A DNA stretch of 64,000 nt from Chiloscyllium plagiosum (taxonomy: Eukaryota). Where the stretch lies: positions 4,139,111 to 4,203,110 of the forward strand of contig NC_057757.1 of NCBI RefSeq assembly GCF_004010195.1, in the 5' to 3' direction. Positions 60,936 through 64,000 of the stretch are shown in pieces. The position numbers were made by a program, and so were the translations under genes. Each line of letters begins with the position of its first letter. Positions within the stretch are counted from its first letter, which is position 1. Under the pieces are notes generated by a model. The model ran no database searches, was not told where the DNA came from, and saw nothing but the letters and a program-made list of their open reading frames with translations.

Positions 60936-63020
60936 CCGGGGCTTGGTCGTCGTCGAAGCTCAGCTCCAGCGCCTCCAGGCCGCTCATGGCGGTGACCAGC
61001 TCCTGCTCGCGGTGGCTCAGCGCGGTCCGGTGCAGGCACAGCGCCCTGAAGCTCTCGCCGCGCCGCTCGACGGCGTCTCCCAGCTGCCCCAGGACTCCGC
61101 GAGCCTCCCAGACGGTGAGCTCGACCCGGTCGGAGACGGAGCACAGCCGCAGCAGACGCTCCGAGTCTCCGGGCCGGAAAGCGTCGACGGAACGGACGTG
61201 GAGCTCGAGCGCCGGCGCCTTGTGGAGAGCCGTGACTGAAGACAGCGTCGACACGAAAGAGTCCGGGATGCTGTGGCAGGCGAGGGCCGAGAAGCTGCTT
61301 ATTTGCTCTTCCTTCTCCCGGTTGCTGAGGAACACCTGTTCCAGGCTCTGGAAGGCGGGCGCGTAGTCCTCCTCCACCTTGGGCGCGCCAAAGTGGCTCA
61401 TGGCCTGCGCCATTTCGGAATAACTGGTCGCGGCCGCTTTCCTCCTCCCGCTGACCGAGACCCGCAGGGAGCCGAGGACGGTCAACATCTCGGGGTACAC
61501 CCTGAGGAACTCGAACGTGCTCTGCCGGAGGTGGCTGGACGTGGACATGGTCAAGCATTTCCCGCTCAGGAAATCCCGCAGGACCGGGGCGATGGAGGCC
61601 CGGGTCTCCGCCTTGGTCAGCAACAGGACGAAGTCCAGCAGGGGGCCCGTGGCCACGTCCGACAGCTGCCCGGGCTCCATGATCTGGGAGCACTGGACGA
61701 AGAGGTCGCGGTACGGCTCCAAATCGGGGTGCTGCGCCAGGGCGAGGCTGGTGTCCGCGCCGCAGTCGAAGGACGACGGCCTCCGGGCCATGTCGAGGAC
61801 GTGGGCGGCGATGAGCGAGGCGGCCTGGCCGCACTGGCACGCGGCGTACACCAGGAGGTAACGGTAGCGGGTGAAGAGCTCGAGGAAGGTGCGCACCCGG
61901 CTCAGGGCGGAGGACCCCTCCTCCCGCTCCGCCGCGACCTCCGACCCCAGCAGGCTGCCCAGCCGCGTGCCTGCCAGGTACTCCTGGAAGGAGGCGTGCG
62001 GGAACCGGTAGACGGGGCTCAGCCGCTGGGCGGTGAACTTGCTGAGCAAGCCGAGAGCCAGCGCGGGCTCCGCGGCCACTCCGGCCCGGTGCAGGTCGCC
62101 GTCGGCGAAGTCGCGGCGGCAGGCGAGGAAGCCGGTCAGCGCCAGGCGCCCGCAGGTCGCCAGAGTGGTCCTCGCCGGCTCGGCCCCGCCACGCCGGCCG
62201 ACGGCGTGGTCCAGGAAGGCGCGAAACAGGGTGACGCAGCTGACGCCGGCGTCCAGCGGCTCCCTCACCCAGTGCTGGCAGAGGGCCAGGGCAAACAGCG
62301 GGCTCTTCAGGGCCCCCCTCAGCGTCTCGGAATAGCCGATGTCCTGGACGAACCTGCGCAGGCGCGGCACGTCGTGGGCGAACATGGCCTTCAGGAGGCG
62401 CGCGCTGCTGTAGAGCGGGAATCCGACGATGGAGACCGCGGCGTCGGCGAAGCGCCGCGCGCCGGCGGCCCTGTCGGTCCTCAGGGCCAGCAGGACGGCG
62501 GCGCCGCCGCTCCGGTGGTTGGCGCGCACCAGCTCCTCCTCTTCGACGGGCGGGGGGCCGGCCTCGCCGGAGTCGTCCAGCAGGACCAGCAGCCGCTCGC
62601 CCAGCCGGGCGGCCAGAGCGCCGAGGCAGCGCCCGCCGGGGGCGGCGCCCGCGCTCTGGCCCGCGCCGCCGCCCGGCACGTGCAGCACCAGCGCGAAGCG
62701 GGACAGCAGGGGGCAGCGGCCGGACGCCCAGAGCAGCGCCACCTGCCTGAGGAGGGCCGACTTGCCCGTGCCCGCCTCGCCCTCCAGCAGGGTCACCCGG
62801 CGGAGGTCACGCAGCAGCTCGGGCAGGACCAGGCGGCGCACCTCCCTGCCCGCCAGGTCCCTCAGCGCTAGGCACGGCTCCGCATAGCAGCGGCGGAGGT
62901 CGACGGAGACGCAGCCGTTGAAGGAGACGGTGGCGAATTCGGAGGAGAGGTACAGCTCCCGCAGACGCCTCCTCATCCCCCTGATGGTCTCGGCCCAGTC
63001 CCCCTCACTGGACGGGATCC
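60936..63020 (-). CDS. NAIP: NAIP large NACHT-HD1-WHD-HD2/LRR-start exon (gene 5' part, expected BIR exons, outside window)
   Basis: Acceptor ttttttttaaacag| at 63021, donor G|GTATTG at 60936/60935, 2085 nt open. LVLPE..EGEAGTGKS..LLWASGRCPLLSRF (NAIP signature), Walker B LLVLLDD, SPLF, SKFTAQRL, SFQEYLAG, EDYAPAF. Confidence 0.93.
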
Positions 63021-63231
63021 CTGTTTAAAAAAAATAAGACATGTCAGTGGACCTCCTTGGAAGGTGGCACCTCGTCAGAAGAAGGTGGCAGAAGAGTGGA
63101 TAAGATTACAGAGGGACCTTGATCAAATGGGGGCCAATGGGCTGAGAAGTGGCACATGGAGTTCAATCTGGATAAATGTGAGGTTTCGCATTTTAGCAAA
63201 ACAAACACTGGCAGGACTGATACAATGGAGG

Positions 63232-63516
63232 GCGGCACGGTGTCTCAGTGGTTAGCACTGCTGCCTCATGGCACCCAGGGACCCAGGTTCGATTCCTGCC
63301 TCGGGCGACTGTCTGTGTGGAGTTTGCACGTTCTCCCTGTGACTGCGTGGGTTTCCTCCCACAGTCCGAAGATGGCTGTGCTAATTTGCCCATAGTGTGA
63401 GGTATGTTAGTCAGGAGTAAATGTAGGGGAATGATTCTGGGTGGGTTACTCTTCGAAGGGTGGGTGTGGACTTGTTGGGCCAAAAGGCCTGTTTCCACAC
63501 TGTAAGGAATCTAATC
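63232..63516 (+). mobile_element. HE1-type SINE, near full length
   Basis: GGCACGGTGTCTCAGTGGTTAGCACTGCTGCC..GGTTCGATTCC head, body and AATCTAATC tail. Confidence 0.88.
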
Positions 63517-63521
63517 ATGAA

Positions 63522-64000
63522 AGGGTTCAGAAAGGAAAGACTTCTAAGGACGTTGCCAGGGTTGGAGGATTTGAGCTATAGGGAGAGCTTGAATAAGCAT
63601 GGACAGCTTTCTCTGGGAGCGTCAGAGGCTGAGGAATGACCTTATAGAGGTTTATAAAATCATGAGGGGCATGGATAGGATAAATAGACACGGTCTTTTC
63701 TCTGGGGTGGTGGACTCCAGAACTTGAGGGCATAGGTTTAGGGTGACAGGGGAAAGATATAAAAGAAACCGAAGGGGCAACTTTTTCACGCAGAGACTGG
63801 TACGTGTATGGAATGAGCTGCCAGAGGAAGTGGTGGTGGCTAGTACAATTGCTACTTTTAAAAGGCATCTGGATGGGTATATGAATAGGAAGGGTTTGGA
63901 AGGATGTGGGCCGGGTGCTGGCAGGTGGGACTAGATTGGGTTGGGATATCTGGTCAGTATGGACGAGGTGGACTGAAGGGTCTGTTTCAGTGCTGTACAT
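63522..64000 (+). mobile_element. CR1 LINE 3' end
   Basis: RGNFFTQR.VRVWNELPEEVV..TFKRHLDGYM plus 3' UTR. Confidence 0.9.

Noticed and set aside
61273-62871. 532-aa plus-strand ORF and other overlapping ORFs (60929-61840 etc.)
   Set aside because: Antisense or off-frame shadows of the GC-rich NAIP exon, with no recognisable domain.
60922-62976. 684-aa ORF as a stand-alone gene, or as NLRC4
   Set aside because: It is bounded by splice sites and continues into LRR exons; signature motifs favour NAIP.
63232-63310. tRNA-like sequence with A/B boxes (also 6475, 27013, 57705)
   Set aside because: Heads of HE1-type SINEs, continuing into SINE body and tail.

Overview
Vertebrate genomic DNA, most likely from a shark or other elasmobranch (inferred from HE1-type SINEs, abundant CR1 3' ends, DeuSINE-like elements and Penelope fragments). 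It has three N-gaps (9617-10333; 12008-12507, exactly 500 N; 29329-30298) and three zones. (1) 0.4-10.6 kb, + strand: a small gene with three coding exons for a 168-aa protein made of a signal peptide, one butyrophilin/MOG/B7-type Ig V domain with an extra Cys pair, and a hydrophobic tail ending at the stop (predicted GPI anchor). (2) 12.7-46.2 kb: a scrambled, decaying array of a tRNA-Leu(CAG)/Lys(CTT)/Val(CAC) cassette, with about 33 recognisable copies of which 4 look intact. It is invaded by a Tx1-type retrotransposon with an 18-bp TSD and by hammerhead-ribozyme-bearing Penelope elements, two of which sit at the same position 39 nt upstream of tRNA-Leu genes. (3) 49.0-63.0 kb, - strand: the six 3' coding exons (NACHT-WHD-HD2-LRR, about 1016 aa, all phase-1 introns) of an apparently intact NAIP gene that keeps an NLRC4-like WHD histidine. 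Its BIR exons would lie beyond the window end. All homology calls come from motif recognition and recalled sequences; no searches were run.
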